A stretch of DNA of 64,000 bases from an uncultured Gammaproteobacteria bacterium. GTDB lineage: Bacteria > Patescibacteriota > Microgenomatia > UBA10105 > UBA927. Positions 47,567-57,291 of the stretch are shown piece by piece. The stretch is from positions 66,068 through 130,067 of the forward strand of contig CAZKLT010000002.1 of assembly GCA_964553825.1 (NCBI GenBank), written 5' to 3'. Every line of letters begins with the position of its first letter. Positions within the stretch are counted from its first letter, which is position 1. The position numbers and the translations under genes are program-made. The notes under the pieces were generated by a model. The model did no database searches. It was not told the DNA's origin and was given only the letters and a program-made list of their open reading frames with translations.

Positions 47567-48582
47567 AGCTGTTCATATGTTGCGGGCACAAGATAGCTCA
47601 CAATGGCGCCCCGCGAGGCGGGCGAACCCCCGGTAACAGACCCCTCAAAGAGATAAATTGGGAGCATTCTCGATGTAACCTCGTTGTACATGTAGAGAAG
47701 CTTCACATGGGAAATCACAACCGATGAGAAGCTTGCTTCAGTTATCGATGTTTCGTTTGGTTGTTTGGATCGGATAGACACAAGAACGCCCTTGTTATTG
47801 CTCAGGTGCGATGCTGCCTGAGCGAGCGGAATGGTGTCTTTTTCCGATGAGGAGGTGATAAGCGGAGGAATGGGCACCATAACCGAACGTAGCGTGCCTG
47901 CCGCATGGACCTGCGCCGTGGCTTCTATTGGAAGGCCGGAGCGCGTAACAAGTGACGCGTTGTTTATCTGATATTCAAGCGATGCTATCGCCATAGACGC
48001 CCCCGATGCTCCCTGTGTTGGCGTATAATGCTGACCGTTTGTTGTGACGAATTGAACTTTTGTTGGAGACAGGTTGATCGCGCCGCCCGTAATGCCTGCG
48101 CGAGAGACGAATGAAGATAGCGCCGATGCGGCTTCTTGTTCCGTGGGAGGACCGACGGGATCACCTGAAGCGGTGAATGTGATTTGGGCGGGCTGGGAAT
48201 ATATTTTTAACGTTCCCGATTGATTTATCCACCAGCGCATGGTTGGAGTGTCTGCGGGTGATGTTCCGGCTCCCGAGAATCCCAATCCTTGGGCAATCTG
48301 AGCTCGCGACTGTTCTACCGCCTGTGGCCTGGTGGCATAGAGCGGGAGGGTTGTGGGGATGGATATGGGGGCAAACGTGAGAACGAAGCGGATAGTTGGT
48401 TGAGCGTTTTGAATAGAAGAGGGCGGAAGCGTCGGTATCTCACGAGGAGCAGTGCCTGTTTCTGGCGTGGGGGCAGGGGGGCGTGTGACAGGAGGATTTG
48501 TCCGCGCGGAAAGCCAAAGCAAAACCGAAATGACGGCAAAAAGTGTCCCGATAATAATAAATCGTTTCATTGATGTGGTCAT
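47563..48582 (-). CDS. Hypothetical bitopic protein (N-terminal TM/signal-anchor, Pro-rich stalk, extracytoplasmic domain). Candidate T4SS structural component (VirB8/ConB-like position).
   Basis: The start is taken at the Met at 48582 (MTTSMKRFIIIGTLFAVISVLLWL) because the longer listed ORF overlaps the upstream gene by 140 nt. PPVTRPPAPTPETGTAP linker. No motif match. It is the first gene of the T4SS-like block. Confidence 0.4.
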   Translation of the reverse strand: MTTSMKRFIIIGTLFAVISVLLWLSARTNPPVTRPPAPTPETGTAPREIPTLPPSSIQNAQPTIRFVLTFAPISIPTTLPLYATRPQAVEQSRAQIAQGLGFSGAGTSPADTPTMRWWINQSGTLKIYSQPAQITFTASGDPVGPPTEQEAASALSSFVSRAGITGGAINLSPTKVQFVTTNGQHYTPTQGASGASMAIASLEYQINNASLVTRSGLPIEATAQVHAAGTLRSVMVPIPPLITSSSEKDTIPLAQAASHLSNNKGVLVSIRSKQPNETSITEASFSSVVISHVKLLYMYNEVTSRMLPIYLFEGSVTGGSPASRGAIVSYLVPATYEQL

Positions 48583-48601
48583 ATGGTTAAGTATACGGCG
48601 T

Positions 48602-50911
48602 TTAATCAGACCAGCAATACCCGATTGCGTATTCAGGCGGAAGAATTTTTTCGATACTCTGTACACTGGCTCCGTTGATGCCGCGATATTCGAAATGAAG
48701 ATGGGGGCCGGTTGAGTTTCCGTTGTTGTCGACATAGCCAAGTATTTGTCTTTTCCTCACAGATGCCCCCGTACTAATACCGGGTCCCGGCTTAAGCAAA
48801 TGACTGTAAAGAAACTGTGTTTTTCCGTCGTTACAATTCAGGTACACGAAGTTTCCATATCCAAATCCACATGTCGGACTGGTAAAATCTTTGCAAATTT
48901 GCCCGTCTCCGAGTCCGAAATAAGTGTTGGAAATCGTACCGTCACACATTGCATACGCCGGTGGGGCGCTGGGCGGATTTCCGTCATATGACCTATTACA
49001 GATGGTGCTGTTGTTCGTGCCGGCATCAATAGCATTGAGGTCAGAATGCGATCCGCCGCTGTTTGGCCCCTGGGTAATGCACCCGCAGGGTGTTGGCCAA
49101 TCACAGCTTTGCTTTGTTGGATCACAAAAAAGTGGTACGCAGGTAGGATCAGTCACGGGGTCGCACGCGTCGGGAGCCTGATATCCGCCGCCACCAATAG
49201 GAAGCATCGCTGAGCGGCGCACCTGGGTTTGGCTCGCAGAAGAAGGGATAAGCGATGTGATGGGAAGAACAACCAATATCGGCGAGGCAACGAGCGCGAG
49301 AATAATCATCCACTGAGGAACAGGGTCCTTGTACCTGCTATACGACTGAAGGAAAGCTGCCCAGTTGGCAGCAAAGCCGTCGCTGGCCGCCCGCACGCCC
49401 GAAAGGAGCCCTCCGGAAAAGGCCCCCATGACGCTGTTTAATCGTCCCTTCACCCAGTCCCAAACATAAGGCAGCACTATGGTAACGGCAAAGACAACCC
49501 ATCCGACCGGTCCGCCCGCAAGCGCGACGAGCCTGCTTCCCGCGGGAACACCCATCTTGAGAAGAAAGTTTGTGCCAAGCTTTTTGATTGATTCTTTGCT
49601 CCATGCTCCTAGCCCCGTTCGAGCAGCTGTTCCCGCAGCTGATGCCGCTGCTTCTTCCTTGACGCCAAAACGAAAAATCAAACTCAGCGGAGATTCGCCG
49701 ATTTCGAAATGGAAATGCTGGGGATCGTTTGCGTACGCCTTCCCCCCAAAAAAGTCATCGCTGCTGTATGTGCGTTCTCCCACTTTTTTGTAGAGCGCCT
49801 CCAGATAATCCTCCATGTCAGGATCGGGCGCCTGTGGAGCGGAAAACATGCCACTAAACGCGTTCGTAAATGCTCCTCCGCCAGCGCCGCGCCCCCTGAC
49901 GTACGTGTTTCCCTGCTCGATAAACTCCTTAAATTCACGACTTGAAACCACATCTTCTCCCAGGCGGTTCGTCATGTTTCCTATAAATGACTCTGCCTTG
50001 GTGGTTGTGTTCCAGGTGGCCGTAAAGACCCGGTCAATAGCTTCTCGGCGATTGGGGAAAACAGTGGTCACCACATCCTCAAAGGCATTTTTGAGCGGAA
50101 CGTGTTGGATGTTTTGGACGGGATGCTCCACAACGGTGGCGATGCGTGAAAGACGAAGCGCAGCGTCGGCAGTGTCGCCTCGCGCAATCGACTCGGACAG
50201 GACGGTGGTATTGGTGATATCAGGATGCTCAAGAACCGCTTTCGCTGTCCGCGCGGTGTGCAGAATGGGTGCGGAAAAATCTGGTGCGGTAAACGTAGGG
50301 GCAAATTCTTCTATGACAGCGCGGGTCTGCTCAACGTCCTGGCTGTTTCCGCGACGCCGGGCCTCTTCTATCAGTTCGTTTCTGATTTCCTCAAATGTTT
50401 TTAGGTGTATCTTCTCTTCGATTTTTTTGACTTCTTTTTCCGCTTCGGGTGTTCCATAGGCCCGAATTTTATGGAGTTTACTGAAAAACTGTTGGGTTTT
50501 GACGCGATTTTTTGCTATGCGCTTGGCCAGCCGTACGCGCTCCTGCGTAACAAGATCCTCCCATGCCTTTTCGCGCACCGGTGTTACCTCGCGGACAGGG
50601 AAGCTCTGGGCAAATCGTTGTTCTGGCTCCGTAAACTGCGTCAGTTTTTGTGCCTCTTTCGGGGCAATCTCTGCGAGTATGTCCCGCGGGCGACTAAACA
50701 GATCCCGTATTTTTTGCGGAGCAGTTTTGGGGTCCAAAAGAATCTCCGTTACTGTTTCCGGTTTTTTGAGAAAATACTCGCGAAGCTCAGGGTAGGTCTC
50801 CGCGTGGGCGAAAACAGCGGCAATCGATATTTCGTGACCACTATCAATGCTGCTCGTTACCTCATCGAGAAAGTCTGTTAACGATAACTGTGGAGTTTTC
50901 GGTGTGTCCAT
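48602..50911 (-). CDS. Large T4SS-associated cell-wall hydrolase: long helical N-region, central TM segments, C-terminal M23 (LytM-type) metallopeptidase domain
   Basis: C-terminus carries ...GKTQFLYSHL... and GPHLHFEYRGINGASV (the HxH zinc motif of M23). Hydrophobic segments VGWVVFAVTIVLPYVWDWV and MIILALVASPILVVLPITSLIP. It is adjacent to VirB4, as for the CwlT/TcpG/PrgK-type hydrolases of monoderm conjugation systems. Confidence 0.6.
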   Translation of the reverse strand: MDTPKTPQLSLTDFLDEVTSSIDSGHEISIAAVFAHAETYPELREYFLKKPETVTEILLDPKTAPQKIRDLFSRPRDILAEIAPKEAQKLTQFTEPEQRFAQSFPVREVTPVREKAWEDLVTQERVRLAKRIAKNRVKTQQFFSKLHKIRAYGTPEAEKEVKKIEEKIHLKTFEEIRNELIEEARRRGNSQDVEQTRAVIEEFAPTFTAPDFSAPILHTARTAKAVLEHPDITNTTVLSESIARGDTADAALRLSRIATVVEHPVQNIQHVPLKNAFEDVVTTVFPNRREAIDRVFTATWNTTTKAESFIGNMTNRLGEDVVSSREFKEFIEQGNTYVRGRGAGGGAFTNAFSGMFSAPQAPDPDMEDYLEALYKKVGERTYSSDDFFGGKAYANDPQHFHFEIGESPLSLIFRFGVKEEAAASAAGTAARTGLGAWSKESIKKLGTNFLLKMGVPAGSRLVALAGGPVGWVVFAVTIVLPYVWDWVKGRLNSVMGAFSGGLLSGVRAASDGFAANWAAFLQSYSRYKDPVPQWMIILALVASPILVVLPITSLIPSSASQTQVRRSAMLPIGGGGYQAPDACDPVTDPTCVPLFCDPTKQSCDWPTPCGCITQGPNSGGSHSDLNAIDAGTNNSTICNRSYDGNPPSAPPAYAMCDGTISNTYFGLGDGQICKDFTSPTCGFGYGNFVYLNCNDGKTQFLYSHLLKPGPGISTGASVRKRQILGYVDNNGNSTGPHLHFEYRGINGASVQSIEKILPPEYAIGYCWSD

Positions 50912-50916
50912 GAATG

Positions 50917-52842
50917 TTATTCAGGTCCGCTTACCGGCTCTACGGTAAAAATGGGTCTGTTTGGGGCAGGGGCCGCTGGGCGAGCTTCCTGTTTTTGCGC
51001 AGGCGGAATAATAGTTCCGGATGGCGCAGGGGCAGCAGGATTTGCTTGGGCAATTTTTTGTGCCGCAAGGTCCTGCGGCTTTGTCGTAATTATAGCGTGT
51101 TCCTGGGGCGAAGCGATTATCCGGATAGCCGCATGAGATGGTCCGGCAAAAAAGAGACCCTCGCCAACCGAAGCTGAGAGAAGAAGCTGTTTTTCTCCTT
51201 CTGAAAGAAAAAATACTTCGCCGACACGATCGATTGCGGCCGTCGACTGCTTGAGAAGTATTTGTAAGCTGCTGTTTTGGATAATTGTTTTGCCCAGATC
51301 GACGGACAGAAAGTCTTCCACATCCTGAGTGATTGTTGTGAGACCCAGATAGTATTTGCGGGCACGTTTTGCGATAGAGTTCAGAAATGCGCCGGAATCA
51401 GGAAATTTCATCATGTACCATGCTTCGTCCACGATAAGGATGCGCCGCTTTGTATCGCGCCGAACTTTTGTCCAAATAAAATCGAGAATAAGGTACATGG
51501 CGATCGGCCGTAACTCATCTTCCAGATCACGAATGGAGAATACCGTAAGCTGGTTTCGGATTGCGACATTTGTTTGTTGATCAAAGATGCCGACGAGGCT
51601 CCCTTTTACGAATTTTTCGATTCGGTCTGCAAGCCCGCGCGCAATAGGATCTTCCATCCCAACGAGCGTTTTATAGAGATCCTCCATGAGTGGCGGCTCT
51701 TTACCCTGAGTTGCCGGGTCTGGCGTAATACCCTTTTGCCGATAGGCAAGGATAAGGGCGCGGTCCAGAAGCGCATCCTCGGTGGGCGTGAGTTTTCCCA
51801 TAACTACCCGGAAAAATCCGTGAAGCGATAGAATTTTTTGGTTGAGTTCGCTGTCTTCCCGCTCTTTCCCTGTCTGATGAAGAAGGGCGATATCAAAGGG
51901 ATTAATTTTCGTAGTCGTGCCGAAATGGAATCGGATATACTCGCCACCGAGGGCGCGCGTAAGGGTCTCGTATTCGTTTTCCGGGTCGATGACGATGACC
52001 TCGGTGTCAAACATAAGGCTTCGGAGAATTTCAAGTTTTACCATAAACGATTTTCCTGAGCCTGATTTTCCAAACACTACCGTGTTTGCGTTTTCCAGTG
52101 TGAATCGGTCAAAAACAACAAGACTGTCGTTGTGTGAGTTGATGCCATAGAGAATTCCCTCATTGGCGGTAAGTTCGCTTGTTGTAAAGGGGAAGGTTGT
52201 CGCAAGCGATGTCGTGTCCATATTTCTGGTGATGACCAGGCGGTCTTGCCCCATGGGGAGTGTTGTTTTGAGCCCCTCTTCCATTTGAAGTGTCGCTCTT
52301 TTGGTAACGATGAGAAGGGACGCGAGCGTGGCCTCTACCTGTTTTGTGGTTTTATTGAGGTCCTCCAGATTTTTGGCAGGGATCGTTACGTAGAGACCGA
52401 ATTGAAAAAAACGCTGCGCTCCCTTGGCAAGCTCCTGCTGGAGGGCGAGGGCGTCTTCGAGGGCGACCTGAATGGACGGTTCAATGACCCGACCCCGCTT
52501 CATGTCGGACTGAATGGTGGCCTCCATCTCGCCAACTTTTCTTTTGAGATTTTCCAGCACCTCCTCGCTGCGCGTCGGATAGACGTACATAGCGATATCC
52601 AGAGTGTGATTAAACGATATAAGGGGTTCCAGCCAGTTTGCGCTGACGAATCGGGGATATCCGGCAACAAAAAGCGTTCGGTAATGGTAGTTGCCGATTT
52701 TTAGATTATCAAAATCCACGTCGATGTTCGGCGGCGCGATAATGTCTTTGACCGTCAGGCGCTCGGTGTCCAAATTTTGATTTACCGGCTTTTCGTCGGG
52801 CATCGGATCGATAATTTTCTTGAGTGTTGCTTTTATACTCAT
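50917..52842 (-). CDS. VirB4/TrsE/ConE-family type IV secretion ATPase
   Basis: 641 aa. Walker A VVFGKSGSGKSF, Walker B ILIVDEAWYMM. The size and C-terminal pattern are typical of VirB4/CagE ATPases. Confidence 0.8.
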   Translation of the reverse strand: MSIKATLKKIIDPMPDEKPVNQNLDTERLTVKDIIAPPNIDVDFDNLKIGNYHYRTLFVAGYPRFVSANWLEPLISFNHTLDIAMYVYPTRSEEVLENLKRKVGEMEATIQSDMKRGRVIEPSIQVALEDALALQQELAKGAQRFFQFGLYVTIPAKNLEDLNKTTKQVEATLASLLIVTKRATLQMEEGLKTTLPMGQDRLVITRNMDTTSLATTFPFTTSELTANEGILYGINSHNDSLVVFDRFTLENANTVVFGKSGSGKSFMVKLEILRSLMFDTEVIVIDPENEYETLTRALGGEYIRFHFGTTTKINPFDIALLHQTGKEREDSELNQKILSLHGFFRVVMGKLTPTEDALLDRALILAYRQKGITPDPATQGKEPPLMEDLYKTLVGMEDPIARGLADRIEKFVKGSLVGIFDQQTNVAIRNQLTVFSIRDLEDELRPIAMYLILDFIWTKVRRDTKRRILIVDEAWYMMKFPDSGAFLNSIAKRARKYYLGLTTITQDVEDFLSVDLGKTIIQNSSLQILLKQSTAAIDRVGEVFFLSEGEKQLLLSASVGEGLFFAGPSHAAIRIIASPQEHAIITTKPQDLAAQKIAQANPAAPAPSGTIIPPAQKQEARPAAPAPNRPIFTVEPVSGPE

Positions 52843-52843
52843 A

Positions 52844-53503
52844 TCAGATATTCTTAATCGCGTCTTTTATTGTTTCGTCGTCTGGTGCGGGAATCCCCGC
52901 GTTGTATGCCGTAAAAAACAACTTCACCAACTGTTCGTTGGTCAGTTGGCTTGCGTTAAGCCCAACCCTGCTGAGAAGTCGAAGGATATGGTCCCGTTTT
53001 GGGTTCAGCACAGTGAGCGCCCGCTCAAAGATAAAGGAGAGAGGATACGGAAGTCCGCGTTTTTTGTTGCCGAATAATACTCCCGGAGTAGCGCCCAATT
53101 CCAAGCTGGAAAACGGAATAATGATATAGAACTTTTTATCCAGAACGTCCTTCTCCTTCACGGTTGCGGCCACGAAAAGACGATAGTCATGAATGCTTTT
53201 CTGTAATTTTGGATTTTTCTGTTTCCGTTCCTGATCTTCAAGAAGCCGTAGGTATGCGGTGACATCCTTGTGTTGCGTGCGGATAAGCACTTCGATAGGG
53301 AACGAGAGTGAGTTCAGCAGTCCCGCATACGCGGCTATGATGGAATCCTGTTCCCGTTCAGAGAGAAGTCCGAAGTTTACCGCGGTTGTCGAGATGACGA
53401 GGCTTGCCGAGCCATCCTGATAGATGACGATGTCGCGGTCGATCGTTTCTATTTCAATAAAGAGTTGTGTTGTAGATCTGATGGGGATGATTTTTTGTGT
53501 CAT
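52844..53503 (-). CDS. Hypothetical protein translationally coupled to VirB4 (T4SS accessory component candidate)
   Basis: 219 aa with no recognised motifs. Its stop and the virB4 start are separated by 1 nt, and its start lies 1 nt from the upstream gene's stop, so it is tightly operonic. Confidence 0.35.
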   Translation of the reverse strand: MTQKIIPIRSTTQLFIEIETIDRDIVIYQDGSASLVISTTAVNFGLLSEREQDSIIAAYAGLLNSLSFPIEVLIRTQHKDVTAYLRLLEDQERKQKNPKLQKSIHDYRLFVAATVKEKDVLDKKFYIIIPFSSLELGATPGVLFGNKKRGLPYPLSFIFERALTVLNPKRDHILRLLSRVGLNASQLTNEQLVKLFFTAYNAGIPAPDDETIKDAIKNI

Positions 53504-53504
53504 A

Positions 53505-55013
53505 TCAGCTGCCGAATATTTCTTTTGCTAATTTGTCTCGTGCGACTTCCTTTTGGCTTTTGGCGATAATTTCCAGTGCTGGAACGATGGACCCATTGAG
53601 CGTAATTTGTACCCGGTCAAACGTATATCTTCCTCTGGGGTCCTCGATCTCCACGAAGTAGGTGCCGTTGGAAAGGGGGGTGGAGGCAGCAAATTGTCCA
53701 AGACGGTTTGTTTTAAGCGCGCGCACCGGAACGCTGTCGTGGTCCCGCACGGTCACCAAAACGCCCGGGAGGAAGTTGTTATCCGAGTCGCGCGTAATGC
53801 CGGTAACGACGTTGGGGAACGTTGTTAGCCTGGGGAGCCCCGCTTTGACGGCATCCTGAGGAGTAATGATTTTTACCGTGGGTCCGGTATGCGCTTGTGC
53901 CGTTGGGCCCTGTGCGGACGCAGTTGGGGCGGCGGGCGGTGGAGCGATGGGCTGCTGAGCGGCGGGGGGAGCGACAGGCGCCGTCACACGCACAGGGGAA
54001 GGCATGGGTTTCGGTGCCGGCGCGGGTGCTGCTGAGCGAAGCGTTTCAATTTCCTTTTTCATGCGGTCACGCTCCGTGAGTGTATCGGTGAGCTGTTTTT
54101 GGAGTTCAAGAACATGGACATGTGTTTGCGTTTTCGATTCCAGTGCTTGTTTCGGTGCCGGCGCTTTCACCTCCAGCTCCTTGGCATGTGCGGTTTGTGC
54201 AGCCGCTTCCTGGGTAATTACTTTCGGCGGCGGCGTGAGATCAAGATGTCTGCCCGTGACTGATGGCGTGGAAACGCTGGGTGCAGTCTGCGCCGCCGCC
54301 GCTGTATGCTGCGCGTACGAAGATGTCATCGTTGTTTTTTTGACTGGTGTAAATAGTGCAAAAAGCCAATCAAACGGACCGGCGCTCTGAGCCGGGTGAA
54401 CGGTGGGGGACTGGGTGGCTCCCGCAGCTGGGAAATGAGCAGGTGGCACAGGTGCGGGAGCCTGCGCGGGTGGCGTGACTGTTTTTGGAGAAGCGAATAT
54501 TCCCTGAAGCACATCCGAAACCGGTCGCGTTGGAGTTGTTGCACTTCCAGTTGTTTGCGGAGCTACAGGAGTACTATGTGTTGGTGCGGCAACCGAAGGG
54601 CGCATGGGAGCAGTCTGCACTGACGGCGCGGGCGCGGCTGGCTTCTGGGTTTCGGGAGTCTTTTCCCAGACAAACTGCGTCGGATTGTAGACGTTTTTAA
54701 TAAAAGACATGACCCAGATATCCATTGGGCGCTCTTCGACGGGAATGAACGCAAAACCAAATCCTGCAAGTCCCGAGATGATAGCCATCGGCCATGTGAA
54801 GAAAAAAGGAAGGGGGAGCTTGTAGCAGACATACGCCAGAATGGCGCCGCCTGCCAGGTAGCCGAATTGTTTAATAGTCATGTCGCCGATCAGTCGAAAC
54901 TGAAATGTGGTGACATTTTGTGGTACTGGATGTTGTTCCATAGACATACCCCAGCATGGGCGAGCTGGTACTACCATTTTAGGGGCTTTTTGCGCACAAG
55001 CGCAATAGCACAA
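53505..55013 (-). CDS. Membrane protein: N-terminal 2-TM VirB3/ConD-like segment, long Pro/Ala/Thr-rich linker, coiled-coil, C-terminal CarboxypepD_reg-like beta-sandwich domain
   Basis: N-terminal FQFRLIGDMTIKQFGYLAGGAILAYV...WPMAIISGLAGFGFAF (two TM helices). About 250 aa of low complexity (PAPVPPAHFPAAGATQSP...). C-terminal VLVTVRDHDSVPVRALKTNRLGQFAASTPLSNGTYFVEIE resembles carboxypeptidase-regulatory-like domains. The probable start is the internal MEQHPVPQ at 54941. Confidence 0.4.
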   Translation of the reverse strand: MCYCACAQKAPKMVVPARPCWGMSMEQHPVPQNVTTFQFRLIGDMTIKQFGYLAGGAILAYVCYKLPLPFFFTWPMAIISGLAGFGFAFIPVEERPMDIWVMSFIKNVYNPTQFVWEKTPETQKPAAPAPSVQTAPMRPSVAAPTHSTPVAPQTTGSATTPTRPVSDVLQGIFASPKTVTPPAQAPAPVPPAHFPAAGATQSPTVHPAQSAGPFDWLFALFTPVKKTTMTSSYAQHTAAAAQTAPSVSTPSVTGRHLDLTPPPKVITQEAAAQTAHAKELEVKAPAPKQALESKTQTHVHVLELQKQLTDTLTERDRMKKEIETLRSAAPAPAPKPMPSPVRVTAPVAPPAAQQPIAPPPAAPTASAQGPTAQAHTGPTVKIITPQDAVKAGLPRLTTFPNVVTGITRDSDNNFLPGVLVTVRDHDSVPVRALKTNRLGQFAASTPLSNGTYFVEIEDPRGRYTFDRVQITLNGSIVPALEIIAKSQKEVARDKLAKEIFGS

Positions 55014-55101
55014 AGCGCATCAGGATCGTGAAAACTCGTATTTTCAGTTTTCACGAAACCGCCCGGCGACAGCATCTGTCAATTTTTGATACTATAGCCT
55101 C

Positions 55102-57288
55102 ATGACGGATTCCCCGTTTGTACTGCTAGAAGTAAAAAACAGTCGTGACTCAGAGGAGACGCCTGCTGCGATGGAACAGATTTTTGCGGCGCTTGGCGCC
55201 GGTGGTGGTCACGGAGGCTTTTTGTCATTTCTTTTCCGTCCGCGGCATGCTCCCAAGTATTTTAGCTTTGAGCTGGTCGCCGTAAATTCCAGAATCCATT
55301 TTTTTGTGGGAATTCCATCGACGCTCCAGACATATGTAGAAAGCCAGCTGACGGCGCAATACCCCAAGCTTCTTTTGGCGCCGGTTGAAGATTACGCGCC
55401 GCATTTTCTCACGCTCCCGCACAAGGCTGCCCAGGTTGTTTTGTCCAACGCCTACTACTATCCGCTGAAGACATATAAGGACGTGAAAGACCTTGACGTT
55501 TTGGCGAGTTTATTGGGGCAGTTGGCGAAGCTTCCGGTGGGCGAGGCCGTAGCAATTCAATTCCGGGTGACGCCGGCGGGAACGAATTGGCAGCATGCAG
55601 CCTCAGCAATCGTTGCCAGAGGCGTTCCTGACGTGTCATCGACAACCGGCCGGACAAAGGCGCATCCACACGCCCGGCTGATAGAGTCGAAGATAGCTCA
55701 GGTAGGATTTGGGACTGCAATCCGCCTGGTCGCGGTTGCCGCAACAGAGTCTCGGGCAGCGGAATTGGTGCATGCAGTAGGAGGTACGTTTGGGGTCTAC
55801 ACGCTGGGAGAGGGTAACGGGCTTGTAGTAAGCGAACCCGCCTTCTGGCAAAAGAAAAAACTGGAACAGGGATTTGTCGAGAGAAACGGGAGTTTGGCGC
55901 CCAGATTTCAGGTTCTCAATGCAAGCGAGCTTGCCTCCTTGTGGCACCCTCCGGGGCTTGCACTATCGATGATTAAAAATATTTCCTGGGGCTCCCAGCT
56001 TTCCGGTGAGGCTCCTGAGAATCTTCCGGTGGCAACGGATAACGAGGAGGAGAAAAAGCAGATTAACTTTTTCGGCCGCACGGAATACAAGAATAAACTG
56101 GCAACATTCGGTATTCAAAAGGCAGACCGGCGCAAGCATGTGTATATCGTCGGGAAGACGGGCACCGGTAAATCCACGATGATTGCCAATATGGCAATAA
56201 ACGACATGAAAAACGGGGAGGGAGTCGCTGTGGTCGATCCTCACGGAGATTTGTGCGATATTTTGCTGGATTATGTTCCGTCTCACCGCATTAACGACGT
56301 TGCGTATCTGGATCCGGCCGACCTCGAGTACCCATTTCATTTGAATCCGCTTGAAGTGCGCAATACGGCGTACCGCGAACTTGTATCAAGCGGCATCGTA
56401 TCGATTTTCTACAAGCTGTACCATTTAAGCTGGGGACCCCGGCTGGAATACATTCTTCGCAATACCATTCTCACGCTCACAAATGTTCCGAATTCGACGC
56501 TTCTTCAGGTGCCCGAGCTTCTGACAAATGAGAATTACCGCGGGAAAGTGGTTGAGAAGATGACCGACCAGGTGCTTAAGAATTTCTGGCTGAATGAATT
56601 TGCAAAAATGTCACCTCAGATGCGGTCCGAGGCGGTGTCTCCCATTCTTAACAAGGTCGGACAATTTCTTTCTTCCCAGACGATTCGTAATATCGTGGGG
56701 AGTCCTACGTCAACGGTTGACCTTGAAGACATGATGAACCAGGGCAAGATCGTGCTCGTGAACTTGTCGCAGGGAAAACTGGGCGAAGACAGCAGTGCGC
56801 TTCTGGGAGCCATGATTATTACCAAAATGCAGCTTGCTGCCATGAACCGTGTGTATCTGGCTGAGGGCGAGCGGCGCGACTTCTACCTGTACGTCGACGA
56901 ATTTCAGAATTTTGCCACCACGTCATTTATCAAGATTCTTTCAGAAGCCCGTAAATACCGGCTCGATCTAACCCTTGCCAACCAATATATCGGACAAATA
57001 GATGAGGATGTCCAGAAGGCAATTTTTGGCAATGCGGGTTCCATTATTTCGTTCGGTGTTGGAGCGGCAGACGCCAGAATTCTTTCCCGCGAATTTGGTG
57101 AGAAATATGAGGAAGGCGAGCTTGTCGCCATGGGAAACTATGAGGTTGTTATGAAACTTTCGATTGATAATCACACAAGCTCGCCGTTTTCCGCAAAAAC
57201 GCTGCCGCTTCCCAAATCCCGTAATCAAAGCCGTGAAAAGGTGATTCGTTCATCCCGCGAGCGGTATACAAAGAAAGTGAGCCGGTAG
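55102..57288 (+). CDS. VirD4/TraG-like type IV coupling-protein-family ATPase (T4SS-DNA_transf / TraM-recognition domain type), apparently without TM anchor
   Basis: Walker A VYIVGKTGTGKST..AVVDPHGD. Walker B and C-terminal region YLYVDEFQNFATTSFIKILSEARKYRLDLTLANQYIGQ, typical of the TraD/TraG/VirD4 C-terminal domain. It has a 330-aa N-terminal domain of unknown function. Confidence 0.6.
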   Translation: MTDSPFVLLEVKNSRDSEETPAAMEQIFAALGAGGGHGGFLSFLFRPRHAPKYFSFELVAVNSRIHFFVGIPSTLQTYVESQLTAQYPKLLLAPVEDYAPHFLTLPHKAAQVVLSNAYYYPLKTYKDVKDLDVLASLLGQLAKLPVGEAVAIQFRVTPAGTNWQHAASAIVARGVPDVSSTTGRTKAHPHARLIESKIAQVGFGTAIRLVAVAATESRAAELVHAVGGTFGVYTLGEGNGLVVSEPAFWQKKKLEQGFVERNGSLAPRFQVLNASELASLWHPPGLALSMIKNISWGSQLSGEAPENLPVATDNEEEKKQINFFGRTEYKNKLATFGIQKADRRKHVYIVGKTGTGKSTMIANMAINDMKNGEGVAVVDPHGDLCDILLDYVPSHRINDVAYLDPADLEYPFHLNPLEVRNTAYRELVSSGIVSIFYKLYHLSWGPRLEYILRNTILTLTNVPNSTLLQVPELLTNENYRGKVVEKMTDQVLKNFWLNEFAKMSPQMRSEAVSPILNKVGQFLSSQTIRNIVGSPTSTVDLEDMMNQGKIVLVNLSQGKLGEDSSALLGAMIITKMQLAAMNRVYLAEGERRDFYLYVDEFQNFATTSFIKILSEARKYRLDLTLANQYIGQIDEDVQKAIFGNAGSIISFGVGAADARILSREFGEKYEEGELVAMGNYEVVMKLSIDNHTSSPFSAKTLPLPKSRNQSREKVIRSSRERYTKKVSR

Positions 57289-57291
57289 CCT

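Noticed and set aside
49815-50459. 214-aa plus-strand ORF antisense to the M23-hydrolase gene
   Set aside because: Embedded in the longer minus-strand gene, which has a clear C-terminal M23 domain. The plus frame has a Ser/Ala/Arg-rich low-complexity composition.
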